A stretch of 64,000 nt of DNA. Origin: an uncultured Candidatus Saccharibacteria bacterium (lineage in GTDB: Bacteria > Patescibacteriota > CALEFQ01). The notes below the pieces were generated by a model. The model saw nothing but the letters and a program-made list of their open reading frames with translations, was not told the origin of the DNA and did no database searches. This document shows, piece by piece, positions 27,662 through 37,285 of this stretch; position 1 is the stretch's first letter; each line of letters opens with the position of its first letter. Both the position numbers and the translations under genes were made by a program. Location of the stretch: the NCBI GenBank assembly GCA_965230955.1, contig OZ246404.1, positions 353,184 through 417,183 of the forward strand. Reading direction: 5' to 3'.

Positions 27662-29638
27662 TTGTTATTTATCAAGCCCACTATGCCTAATGCCGAAATA
27701 AATTCTTTTGGACAAACCAATTACCGCAATCGCCGGGTGGAATTTGGTATCAAACTTGATGATCGGCGCCGTCATATGTATGTGATCGGGAAAACCGGCA
27801 TGGGTAAATCCCATTTGCTGCGGCACCTGGCCTACAATGATATTCAAGCAGGGCGGGGAATCGCCTTTGTCGATCCGCACGGTGATTCCGCTGACTGGCT
27901 GTTGGAATACATTCCGGCCAGCCGGATAAATGACGTCGTGTATATCAATCCAACCGATATCGATTTTCCCATTGCCTTTAATGTGTTGGAAAAAGTTGAT
28001 CGACGCTATCACAATTTGGTGGCGGACGGTTTAGTGGGCGTTTTCAAAAAAATCTGGGCCGAATCCTGGGGACCGCGTTTGGAATATTTGATGCGCAACG
28101 CCATTTTGTCATTGTTGGACTATCAGGACAGCACTCTGCTCGGCGTGACCAGGATGCTGGTCGACAAAGCTTATCGTAAAAAAGTTATTGCTCGGGTGCA
28201 GGATCCGGTGGTCAAAGCTTTTTGGGTCGAGGAATTCGCCAAATACAACGACAAATTTTTAGTGGAAGCGATTTCTCCCATCCAAAATAAAATCGGGCAG
28301 TTTTTGGCTAATGCCGTGATTCGGAATATTGTCGGCCAGCCTCAAAGCACGATCAATATCCGCGAAATCATGGATCAGGGCAAAATACTAATCCTGAATC
28401 TTTCCAAAGGCAAAATCGGCGAGGCCAGCAGTGCTTTGCTTGGCGCCATGATTATTACCAAGCTCCAGTTGGCGGCGATGAGCCGCGCCGATATTCCCGA
28501 GGAGCAACGGCGCGATTTTTTCCTTTATGTCGATGAATTCCAAACTTTCGCGACGGAGAGTTTTGCTGATATCTTGTCCGAAGCTCGCAAGTATCGCCTC
28601 GGTTTGGTGATGGCGCATCAGTATATTGAGCAGATGCCGGAAGAAGTGGCGGCGGCGGTTTTTGGCAATGTCGGCACGTTAATCTCTTTCCGGGTGGGCG
28701 CGGCGGACGCCGAAGTCCTCGAGACCGAATTTGCTCCGGTATTTATGCAAAAAGACTTGGTTAATCTGCCCAAGTTTGGTTTCTATATTAAATTAATGAT
28801 TGATGGCGTGGCCAGTGACGGTTTTAGCGCTAATACGGTCAATATGAAATTTACTCCGACGGGGAATAAGGATAAAGTGATCCGGGTTTCGCGGGAGCGT
28901 TATGCCAATCCTCGTTCTGTCGTTGAGGAAAAAATTGCTCGCTGGAGCGGGGTTTTTGAAGGCAAGGTCGGGGTAGACAAAGATAGTTATGAAAAGGAAG
29001 ACGAGGCCCGAAATAATAAGTCCCGTTTCAAACCGGCAGTCAGCCGCCCGGTTTTGGGGCACCAGGAAAATCGTCCGGCTTCTTTTGCTCCAAAGAGTTA
29101 TCCGCCCAAGAATAATTTTTCGCGTCCGCCGATCAATCGGCCGGCGCCAACAGCGGTTAATCGAGCGTCCAACTATCAACCGGCTCCTCGACCGATCATG
29201 TCGAGTGCGCCTGCGTCTCATTCTGCTCCCGCCCCGACGCCTTATCCGAGCCAGCGTCCGGCTGTCTCTCATCCGATAGTTTCTCGTCCGGCATCTGTAT
29301 CTCCGAAACCGCGATTGTCTCCTCCTGTTTCAGCGCCTCGGCCGGTTCCGGCACCGCGGGCGAATACGAGTCCGCGTCCGGTTGTTTCATCTCGTCCAGT
29401 GTCTGCACCTTCGAAACAGCGGTCTACTCCGCCGGCGCGTCATTACCCGACACCGCCTCCTCCGATCCCGCCGCGGACCAGAATCGTTCCAAAAACCGCG
29501 AAGCCGGTAGCGACAGGGATTTCTCTGAAGGAAGCGGTCAAGCAAGGACCGCAAAGCGTGCATCAGCCCAAAATAAATAAGCCGCGCGGTGATCGCCGGC
29601 CTTTGCCCCCGGGGCAGAAGGCGGTGCTTGGTAAATAG
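27662..29638 (+). CDS. VirD4/TraG/TrwB-like (T4SS coupling-protein family) P-loop ATPase with about 230-aa Pro-rich C-terminal tail
   Basis: Walker A GKTGMGKS, FVDPHGD (like the DPKGE motif), Walker B LYVDEFQTF; C-terminus low-complexity PAP/SRP repeats. Confidence 0.55.
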   Translation: MLFIKPTMPNAEINSFGQTNYRNRRVEFGIKLDDRRRHMYVIGKTGMGKSHLLRHLAYNDIQAGRGIAFVDPHGDSADWLLEYIPASRINDVVYINPTDIDFPIAFNVLEKVDRRYHNLVADGLVGVFKKIWAESWGPRLEYLMRNAILSLLDYQDSTLLGVTRMLVDKAYRKKVIARVQDPVVKAFWVEEFAKYNDKFLVEAISPIQNKIGQFLANAVIRNIVGQPQSTINIREIMDQGKILILNLSKGKIGEASSALLGAMIITKLQLAAMSRADIPEEQRRDFFLYVDEFQTFATESFADILSEARKYRLGLVMAHQYIEQMPEEVAAAVFGNVGTLISFRVGAADAEVLETEFAPVFMQKDLVNLPKFGFYIKLMIDGVASDGFSANTVNMKFTPTGNKDKVIRVSRERYANPRSVVEEKIARWSGVFEGKVGVDKDSYEKEDEARNNKSRFKPAVSRPVLGHQENRPASFAPKSYPPKNNFSRPPINRPAPTAVNRASNYQPAPRPIMSSAPASHSAPAPTPYPSQRPAVSHPIVSRPASVSPKPRLSPPVSAPRPVPAPRANTSPRPVVSSRPVSAPSKQRSTPPARHYPTPPPPIPPRTRIVPKTAKPVATGISLKEAVKQGPQSVHQPKINKPRGDRRPLPPGQKAVLGK

Positions 29639-29639
29639 C

Positions 29640-29669
29640 TTGACTTTTCCAGGGTAATAGTGTTAGAAT
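29640..29669 (+). promoter_or_regulatory. Sigma-70-type promoter TTGACT-18-TAGAAT
   Basis: Near-consensus boxes upstream of the giant surface protein gene. Confidence 0.5.
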
Positions 29670-29778
29670 AATCAGATTTGTTGAAATTGGCTATTTGAAG
29701 CCGAAATATCGAGTTTCGAAAGAAGCCCTACTAACTTGTTATTATTTTAAGGTGGCGGAGGGGCACCGGATCATCAAT

Positions 29779-32700
29779 ATGAAATCTAAATTCCTCGCGA
29801 CCTCCAAACGAGCTATTGTTTTTGTTGTGCTCGCCGGTATGGTCATGCTTTATGGCGGACAGCCTATTTTGCAGGCGCAGGCTGAATCTCGGCCGGCTAA
29901 TCCGACGGAGAACTTAGGTGGATTTAGCTTCGGCGGTGCGAGCCAGCTTCCTGAGCTTCCGCCCGTTGCTACTCCGGCTGTAACTACGACTCAGACCGAA
30001 ACTGTCCCGGCTGTGACGCCGACTCCGGTGGTAACACCTCAGGCTACTCCGGTCGTGACTCCGACGCCGACATCGACGTCGACTCCGAAGGTTACCGTAA
30101 CACCGGCCAAAGAAGCGCCGAAAGCGGAAACAAAAAGCGAGGAACCAAAACCGATTTGGCAAGAAAACGGCCAGGGAAGTTTCACGACGACCGAGCCGGT
30201 CAAATTGGGCGAGGTTTATACTTATCCCGGCCGTAATTTGGAATTGAAATTCACTCAACTCCCGACTCTGTCCGGCAAAGTTACCATTCGCAAAGTGGCC
30301 GCGAGCGCTGTCCCGATTTCAGGCGTAGTGGGCGATGTCTATGACATTACCTCGACTATGGCTGACGGGACTTTTAAATACGAATTATCTTTGCCTTACG
30401 ATAAATCCGGTTCGAACGTCCAAGTTGTTTATTCCGAAGATGCGAAAAATTTCACCCCGGTTGAGCAGGGGAAGGTTGATGTTTTAGCTGGGGAAAAACA
30501 AGTAAAAGCGGCTGATCTGAATCATTTTACTTATTTTGCTGTTGTGAGCGGTCAGGATGCTTCAGATGGTTCGGCTCAAACTTTCAATGTTTCAGAATTG
30601 GCTGATTTGCAGACGGCTAATAATTGGTCGGGTTATGTCCAATCTGATAGTCGCTGGCCGCTCTGGAATTATGATTCCGGCAATTATATCCAGTTCAATT
30701 TGGGTTCAGTTGTACCGGCAGATGCTTCTGTCAGTGGTGCAACTTTGCATTTTCGATATGCCCGCGGGGTGATGGGGATCATTCCGTTTTTGTTTGATAC
30801 TTATGGTGCTCGGCTCCAAGCCCAAGACAGTAACGGAAACTGGGTAGATATTGCCGATGTTTGGAATGATAACTGGCTCACTTTCCGGACTTATAATGTT
30901 GATTTGACTTCATTTTTCCAAAATAATCCGACTTTGCAGAACTTGTCTATTCGTTTCCAGATGTATGGCGGAAATTTACTGTTCCCCTTTTTGGGCGGTA
31001 TGCGCAGTTATCATGATTGGGTGGGGCTTGATATACAGACGATTCCTGGTGTACCGACTATTAATCATCCTATCGAAGATTCAGTGATGATTAATTCCGC
31101 GACTACCAGCACCCATTATCTGTCGGGAACAGCCGAGCCCGGATCAACCGTAAAACTTTATATTAATGGTTCTCCGACTACCTGGACGGTGACGGCTGAT
31201 TCCAGCGGCAATTTCCTTTTCCCCAACAATATTTTAACGGCTGTCGGTATTGACTATGATTTTGACTACATGATTCCCATAGTAGCGACGGTTACTTCTT
31301 CCAATGCTGATGGGGAAAGTGCGCCCTCTCGCGGTATTAGTTATACCAAGGATACTTACGCGCCGGGTGATGTAAATTTGCTTTCACCGGCCGATGATTC
31401 TTTCGTCAATACCGATGGTTTGGTGATGGATTGGACCGACGCGGTTGATAGCAATCAACCAAACGATAGCGGTATCGCCGGTTACATCTATGAATCTTAC
31501 CGCGATGAAGCGATGACTAATTTGGCTTATCGTTCCACATTGCTGACCGAATCAGAAATCCCGGCTCCGGGCACGCCTGACGGTGATTACTGGTGGCATG
31601 TGAAATCAATTGATGTGGCGGGTAATGAAGGTCAATGGAGCACCTCCTGGCAGGTGACAGTGGATAATATCGCTCCGGCTATTCCGACCAGTCTCGGTTT
31701 CAATGTTCCTCCCGAAGGGACTCCCGATGACCGTCCGGTGGATTTGCCGTGTCCCAGTAGCCTTACCAATCAAAATCGAGTCGCGCATGTTTGGACAGAT
31801 GAATCGGCCAGCGGCGCTGTTGAATATGAACGCCAGTGGCAATATCCCGGGACGACAACCTGGCAGGGCGCGGAGCGCTGGACGACAACCAATACCGATT
31901 ATCGCGCTTTTGGCACCGACGAAGGTATTGAAGGTTATTGGAATGTCCGAGTGCGCGCGCGCGACGCGGCGAATAATTGGAGCGCCTTTGGTATGCCTTG
32001 TGCTATTACCTTGGATCGCACCGCTCCCGGAGCTCCGATTTTAGTGAGCCCGACCGACGGCACCATTCAAAACTCAAATTCAGTTTTGTATACTTGGGAA
32101 CCGGGTTCCGATCTTTCCCAGCTTGACGGTTATGAACTGTCATTGTTCTTGAACGGAGTTCCGGCGATGCAGTTCATGATTGACGATCCCGCCGATACCC
32201 AATTGCTTGTTCCTTCGGTTGACGGAGTCTGGGACTGGCAAGTTCGCAGTCAGGATTTGGCCGGTAATTTCAGTCCGTGGTCCGCTCGCTGGCAAGTTAC
32301 GGTTGATACCGTCGCTCCCGGCGCACCGGTTTTAGTTAGCCCGACCGACGACACCATTCAAAATTCCAGCCAGATTCAATATGTGTGGGAACCGGGTTCG
32401 GACATCTCCCAGCTTGACGGTTATGAATTGTCGTTGTTCCGGAACGGAGTTCCGGCCATGCAGTTTATGATCGATGATCCTTCAGTGACTCAGGTTACCG
32501 TTCCTTCGCTCGACGGCGTTTGGGACTGGCAAGTTCGCAGTCAGGATTTAGCCGGTAATTTCAGTCCGTGGTCCGCTCGCTGGCAAGTTACGGTTGATAC
32601 CGTCGCTCCCGGCGCTCCTGTTTTAGTGAGCCCGGCCGATGGCACCATCCAAAACTCAAATTCAGTTTTGTATACTTGGGAACCTGGTTCCGATATTTCA

Positions 32701-34137
32701 CAGCTTGACGGTTATGAATTGTCATTGTTCTGGAACGGTATTCCGGCGATGCAGTTTATGATTAATGATCCCGCGGTGACTCAAGTTCCCGTTCCTTCTA
32801 TCGACGGCGTTTGGGAATGGAAAGTAAGAAGCAAAGATTTGGCCGGTAATTTCAGCCCGTGGTCCGCTCGTTGGCGGGTGACGGTTGATACCGTCGCTCC
32901 CAATGCTCCGATTTTATCTGATCCGATCGATGGAGCATTGCTGGATCATTCTGATGTTACTTTGAAATGGAATCAGGAGCCCCGCACCTTGCTAAACAAA
33001 GTCTCGGTCTTATCGATTGACACCTTTGAAGTCGATGTTGATGGTGTTGTTACTTCCGGTGTTACCGCCAATGAATTATCGGGAAGCTTTGCCGATGGTC
33101 AGCACCATTGGAAAGTTCGCGCTAAAGATGCGGCCGGCAATTATAGTGACTGGAGTGCCACCTGGTCGTTTACGGTTGACACTACTGCTCCTGGTACACC
33201 GGCTCTAATCAATCCGCCTCATGAATCATTGCTTAACTACAATAATGTTAATCTCGACTGGACCGATGTCACAGATAATATCGGCTTGGCCGGCTATGAA
33301 TTAGAGATTAATTCTACCGCTTTGGGTTTATCGCCGGTTACATCCTGGATTGATTCCACCGTTTCACAATTCCAGACTGTTGGTTTGCCGGATGGTGTTT
33401 ACAGCTGGAGAGTTCGCGCCAAAGATAATGCCGGCCATTACAGTAATTGGAGCGAAACCCGGACATATACCGTCGATAGAACGGCTCCGGCGGCTCCGAC
33501 CGGCGTCCAGGCAACTTACATTTCCTCCGGTACCGTGCAGGTTAGCTGGGATGCCGTGTCAGATGCGGATCATTATGTGATTTACCGCAATGGGGTCAAA
33601 ATTGCCGAAGTTCGCGGCGCGACTACGTATAATGATTCTGGTTTGAGCGAGACTAAACATGAATACTATGTCTCGGCGGTTGACGCGGCTGGCAACGAAG
33701 GAGCCCAAGGCGGACCGGGTGCAATCGATTTGTCGCCGACGCCGACGACCGGTCCGACCTCAACTTCTCCGACAACCGGTCCCCGAACCACTACCGGTTT
33801 GACGACCGGCGGCACGGTACTCGGCGTGACTACCGGAACGACCGGTGCCCTGTTGACTGATTTCGGCACTGGCCTTGATACCGGTTCGGCGTTCTCTGGC
33901 GAAGGTACTGTCTCCGGCGCGGAAGATGAGGCGATTGGTGAAGAAGGCAGTGATGACGGACAAGTGGCCGGTGCTGAGACTTCCGATCTGAAGGCGGCCG
34001 CGGCCGACCAGGTCAATACCGGTTCGGATCAAAGTTGGTGGCAAACTTGGTGGTTCTGGCTCCTGCTGATTATTGCCGTCATTCTGATTACTTGGTTGAT
34101 TGCCAAACGCCGCAAAAAAGATGATGAGATAAGATAG
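29779..34137 (+). CDS. Giant cell-surface protein with Thr/Pro-rich linker, repeated Fn3/Ig-like domains and C-terminal membrane anchor
   Basis: Signal peptide (MKSKFLATSKRAIVFVVLAGMVM). Repeated roughly 97-aa modules each starting VDTxAPGxP. C-terminal hydrophobic segment plus KRRKKDDEIR tail. Confidence 0.7.
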   Translation: MKSKFLATSKRAIVFVVLAGMVMLYGGQPILQAQAESRPANPTENLGGFSFGGASQLPELPPVATPAVTTTQTETVPAVTPTPVVTPQATPVVTPTPTSTSTPKVTVTPAKEAPKAETKSEEPKPIWQENGQGSFTTTEPVKLGEVYTYPGRNLELKFTQLPTLSGKVTIRKVAASAVPISGVVGDVYDITSTMADGTFKYELSLPYDKSGSNVQVVYSEDAKNFTPVEQGKVDVLAGEKQVKAADLNHFTYFAVVSGQDASDGSAQTFNVSELADLQTANNWSGYVQSDSRWPLWNYDSGNYIQFNLGSVVPADASVSGATLHFRYARGVMGIIPFLFDTYGARLQAQDSNGNWVDIADVWNDNWLTFRTYNVDLTSFFQNNPTLQNLSIRFQMYGGNLLFPFLGGMRSYHDWVGLDIQTIPGVPTINHPIEDSVMINSATTSTHYLSGTAEPGSTVKLYINGSPTTWTVTADSSGNFLFPNNILTAVGIDYDFDYMIPIVATVTSSNADGESAPSRGISYTKDTYAPGDVNLLSPADDSFVNTDGLVMDWTDAVDSNQPNDSGIAGYIYESYRDEAMTNLAYRSTLLTESEIPAPGTPDGDYWWHVKSIDVAGNEGQWSTSWQVTVDNIAPAIPTSLGFNVPPEGTPDDRPVDLPCPSSLTNQNRVAHVWTDESASGAVEYERQWQYPGTTTWQGAERWTTTNTDYRAFGTDEGIEGYWNVRVRARDAANNWSAFGMPCAITLDRTAPGAPILVSPTDGTIQNSNSVLYTWEPGSDLSQLDGYELSLFLNGVPAMQFMIDDPADTQLLVPSVDGVWDWQVRSQDLAGNFSPWSARWQVTVDTVAPGAPVLVSPTDDTIQNSSQIQYVWEPGSDISQLDGYELSLFRNGVPAMQFMIDDPSVTQVTVPSLDGVWDWQVRSQDLAGNFSPWSARWQVTVDTVAPGAPVLVSPADGTIQNSNSVLYTWEPGSDISQLDGYELSLFWNGIPAMQFMINDPAVTQVPVPSIDGVWEWKVRSKDLAGNFSPWSARWRVTVDTVAPNAPILSDPIDGALLDHSDVTLKWNQEPRTLLNKVSVLSIDTFEVDVDGVVTSGVTANELSGSFADGQHHWKVRAKDAAGNYSDWSATWSFTVDTTAPGTPALINPPHESLLNYNNVNLDWTDVTDNIGLAGYELEINSTALGLSPVTSWIDSTVSQFQTVGLPDGVYSWRVRAKDNAGHYSNWSETRTYTVDRTAPAAPTGVQATYISSGTVQVSWDAVSDADHYVIYRNGVKIAEVRGATTYNDSGLSETKHEYYVSAVDAAGNEGAQGGPGAIDLSPTPTTGPTSTSPTTGPRTTTGLTTGGTVLGVTTGTTGALLTDFGTGLDTGSAFSGEGTVSGAEDEAIGEEGSDDGQVAGAETSDLKAAAADQVNTGSDQSWWQTWWFWLLLIIAVILITWLIAKRRKKDDEIR
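32011..32883 (+). repeat. Three tandem 291-bp (97-aa) near-identical intragenic repeats
   Basis: Period measured between recurring gttgataccgtcgctcccgg at 32302, 32593 and 32884; copy 1 begins 32011. Confidence 0.8.
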
Positions 34138-34152
34138 TCGGTAATTATAGAA

Positions 34153-34182
34153 GGCGCTCCTCGAAATCGGGGAGCGCTTTTG
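34153..34182 (+). terminator. Terminator after surface protein gene
   Basis: Hairpin gcgctcc...ggagcgc followed by tttt. Confidence 0.5.
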
Positions 34183-34218
34183 GTAAATAAAAAACCCATG
34201 TTTGGCAACATGGGTTGG
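34183..34218 (-). terminator. Terminator of purF-like gene
   Basis: Stem aacccatgtt/aacatgggtt followed on minus strand by ttttatttac. Confidence 0.6.
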
Positions 34219-34230
34219 GGAACGAGATTG

Positions 34231-35697
34231 TTAGAATGGTCGTGGTCCGCCGATGCAGAAAGTGCAGAAATCATCGAGACTGCGACCAAATTGGTGATAG
34301 ACCGCGGCCAGATCAGCGAGGGGCAATTGTCTTACGGTCATATGCAGGGCCTGGCAAATCTGATCTTCACTCCGGTTGCGCGAGATGAATGCTCCTTCGG
34401 GGTGCATGTCGACACCGAAGTTGCATCCGCGCGGCAGTCCATCCGATCCGATGATGCCGACTGGCGGAGTATAGCTGAGGAAGATTACTTTTTTCACTCC
34501 GGCTTCTTGGCAGAGGATTTCTTTGACGCGCCGACTGTTATTGCCCCGGACAATGCTGTCATCAATGACGATGACGGTTTTGCCTTTGAGAAAAGAGCGG
34601 GAGTTGTAGACGATCGGATTCTCGGAAATCATGTACGTGATTTCCAGACTGGGCAGCAGATTTAGATTGCGCTTGATCGATTCTCGCCGGCTCCGGGGAG
34701 TGGATCCGATAAAAGACCTTTCTTGATTCGCTTTGTAGAAAATGTTGGCGAAAGGCAGGCCCAGTTCCGCCGCATAGGCGAGGGCGGCCGGTTCGGGACA
34801 GCGCGGCAGGTAAGTGACCAGGTCGGCTCCCGGGAAAGGAAAGCGGCGCGCCAGTGCTTGGCCGAGCAGTCGACGAATGTTATGGATCGGAATACCATCG
34901 ACGGTCGAGCCCGGGTGTGAGAAGTAGTGGAGCTCAAAAAAACAAAGATGGTGCGATCCGACAGCGACTTGGCGATGGGGGCCGCAGCGGCCGTCGGGAT
35001 AGAGATAGTAGATTGATCCCGGTTCCAAATCTTCGATCAATCTTGCCCCGTTTTTCCGGAAAGCGATATCCTCCGAAGCCATTACGAACATGTTGTCTTT
35101 TTGGCCCAGCACTCCCGGCCTGATGCCGGTCTGGTCCCGCAAGACAATGGTTTTGCTTGTTCGGATATCAACATAGGCTAGGGTGTACGATCCGGGAATG
35201 GTGCGGAGCGTCTGGTCGGGTCCGTTTTGCCGGATGAAGTGGAGTAATCGTTCGGAATCGCAATCGGTGGTGATCCGGCGGCAATCGATTGACCCCAAAT
35301 GTTCCGCGGCAACTTCGCCGTTGTGAATCAGGGCCATTTCGGCATTTGAGATGAAGAGATGGTCGCCATGGTCTTCGATTTCTCCGCCGATAACATGGGG
35401 ATGTCCCGATTCCAGGAGCTGTCGCGGAATTTTCTCGCCCTGAGTGGCGTAACGAACATGCCCTCCGAAAGTGTGAAATTCGCGTCCGGTCGAGAAAATT
35501 TTGTGCATGTCGGTCAGGTCGAATACCCGTTTGGGCGGGCCCAGCCACTTAAGGCAGAAAATTTTGCCGTCAGTCGCTTGACCGTAAATTCCGGTCACTT
35601 CCTGTCCGCGGTGCGACAGGGAATAAAGGAAATTGTAACAGTCATGCAAAGTGTGAGTCACGCAAATGCCACACTTGCATTGCACTAAATCACTCAT
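34231..35697 (-). CDS. purF: Amidophosphoribosyltransferase-like (class-II glutamine amidotransferase + PRTase)
   Basis: N-terminal Cys (CGI), PRTase motif VIVIDDSIVRGNNSRRV, GIDMHPE-like C-terminal region. Confidence 0.65.
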   Translation of the reverse strand: MSDLVQCKCGICVTHTLHDCYNFLYSLSHRGQEVTGIYGQATDGKIFCLKWLGPPKRVFDLTDMHKIFSTGREFHTFGGHVRYATQGEKIPRQLLESGHPHVIGGEIEDHGDHLFISNAEMALIHNGEVAAEHLGSIDCRRITTDCDSERLLHFIRQNGPDQTLRTIPGSYTLAYVDIRTSKTIVLRDQTGIRPGVLGQKDNMFVMASEDIAFRKNGARLIEDLEPGSIYYLYPDGRCGPHRQVAVGSHHLCFFELHYFSHPGSTVDGIPIHNIRRLLGQALARRFPFPGADLVTYLPRCPEPAALAYAAELGLPFANIFYKANQERSFIGSTPRSRRESIKRNLNLLPSLEITYMISENPIVYNSRSFLKGKTVIVIDDSIVRGNNSRRVKEILCQEAGVKKVIFLSYTPPVGIIGSDGLPRGCNFGVDMHPEGAFISRNRSEDQICQALHMTVRQLPLADLAAVYHQFGRSLDDFCTFCIGGPRPF

Positions 35698-35785
35698 GAG
35701 TACCTCCTATTCTCTGTGGTTGTGAATTTACAACTGATCAGGGTATCTTAGCGCTGTTAACGGTTCTAGGTCAAGGCAAACTAGT

Positions 35786-36367
35786 CTATTTTTGGGCTCG
35801 GACGAAAAATCTTTTCAAATCTGTCCCATTGGGCCAGCAGGTGACAAGAGTTATTTCGTTGACGTCATCATCCGGCGCTCGAAATACCTCGGTAGAATTT
35901 TTCCCGACGGTCCGGCGTTCGGTGACAGAGTAGCGATAAACGATGTCTTCATAATGAATGACGATTTCATCGCCAATTTCCAGTTTTTCCAGCAGGGTGA
36001 AAACGGTATTATAATCACTGGCTTGCCACCAATAATTTGAGCTATGTCCGATATATACCCCGTTTCCGATTTGGGTGGGGAGCGGAGTTTCGGGGTGATG
36101 AACCACTCCGTGAAGCAAGAGCGGCGCCAGATTGTCTTTTTGCGAATCATCAGATAGAATGAGCGGAGCGCGAAGCTTAATAGCCGGTATTTCGATATAG
36201 TTTTGATCAGCTATCAGCCGGTTTTCCGGCAGGGTATCAGTCAGATACCTCCATTGGATAGTCAGTATCGGCCAGTTGATAAAAAGGTAAGAACTCAAAA
36301 TTGCCAGGGCGAAAAGCGAGGCAAAAAAAGTGGAATTTTTGAGCAATGATTGACGCTGAATATCCAT
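35786..36367 (-). CDS. Sortase-family transpeptidase
   Basis: N-terminal TM anchor, TLVTCWP motif containing catalytic Cys. Confidence 0.7.
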   Translation of the reverse strand: MDIQRQSLLKNSTFFASLFALAILSSYLFINWPILTIQWRYLTDTLPENRLIADQNYIEIPAIKLRAPLILSDDSQKDNLAPLLLHGVVHHPETPLPTQIGNGVYIGHSSNYWWQASDYNTVFTLLEKLEIGDEIVIHYEDIVYRYSVTERRTVGKNSTEVFRAPDDDVNEITLVTCWPNGTDLKRFFVRAQK

Positions 36368-36426
36368 CCAACTATTGTAGTTTCTATGTTATAATTAGTC
36401 CAATGTTTTTGCGGAAGATCATCATT

Positions 36427-36494
36427 CAGTCAATAAATATTTAGTTTTAGGCCATTCCCGAAGGGTTTTCAGGCCTAAAACTAAATATTTATTG
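36427..36494. repeat. 25-bp perfect inverted repeat (18-nt spacer) between divergent sortase and hydrolase genes
   Basis: gtcaataaatatttagttttaggcc ... ggcctaaaactaaatatttattgac read directly; loop contains cccgaaggg mini-palindrome. Confidence 0.85.
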
Positions 36495-36511
36495 ACGGAC
36501 TTACTGACCCA

Positions 36512-37285
36512 ATGAATGAAACTCTCAAAATTAAAAGCGTCACCGGCCACTTGCTCGATAATCAATTGAGCTGGCCGAAAGGGAAAAAACGTCCCGTCCC
36601 GCTGGTTATTTTGTGCCACGGCTTTTTGGCGCACAGCCAGCTCTTGTTTTTCCCGGCTCTCAAACGGCTTTTGCATTATTACGGCTATGCTGTTTTTTCC
36701 TATGATTTTCCCGGCCATGGATTTTCTCCAGGAAGCAAAAGCGAGGTGACCTTGCCTCGTAATATCAAGGATTTGCATAACATAATTAATGCTTTGGAAA
36801 AGGACGATCGACTGAATCTGTCGCGGCTGATTGTGATCGGGCATAGTTTGGGCGGCATTACGGCTTTGATGTCGGGGGTAACTGATCGCCGTATCAAACG
36901 GATCGTGGCTATCGGAGCAGCTTTGAATTTTGAAGAAGCGGTTCGCCAACTGCTGGCTAACGGTAAAATGTTTTATCGGGATGGTACCATTTATTTTCAG
37001 TTTTCCAAGATGTTTCCGGCTCAGCGCTGTGATAAGACGCTTTGGTCTTATACCAATAAATTTAATTTCAAGGATCGGGCCGAAAAAATCAAAGCGGCGG
37101 TTTTGATGATCGCGGGGGAGAAGGATGATATTATTCCTCTTAAACTGACTCAAGAAACCTATCGCCGTCTGTCGGGTGTGAAAAAAATAACCGTGATCAA
37201 AAAATGCGGTCACTTATTTATCGCTCCAAGCCATCAACGGCAGTTGTTTCGAGCAATAATCAAATGGCTAAAACCGCGAAGATAA
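36512..37285 (+). CDS. Alpha/beta-fold hydrolase
   Basis: GHSLGG nucleophile elbow (GxSxG), HGF oxyanion region. Confidence 0.7.
   Translation: MNETLKIKSVTGHLLDNQLSWPKGKKRPVPLVILCHGFLAHSQLLFFPALKRLLHYYGYAVFSYDFPGHGFSPGSKSEVTLPRNIKDLHNIINALEKDDRLNLSRLIVIGHSLGGITALMSGVTDRRIKRIVAIGAALNFEEAVRQLLANGKMFYRDGTIYFQFSKMFPAQRCDKTLWSYTNKFNFKDRAEKIKAAVLMIAGEKDDIIPLKLTQETYRRLSGVKKITVIKKCGHLFIAPSHQRQLFRAIIKWLKPRR

Noticed and set aside
36422-37213. 263-aa minus-strand ORF overlapping the alpha/beta hydrolase gene
   Set aside because: The plus-strand frame carries a clear GHSLGG hydrolase motif and sensible start; the minus ORF is a shadow ORF with no motifs.
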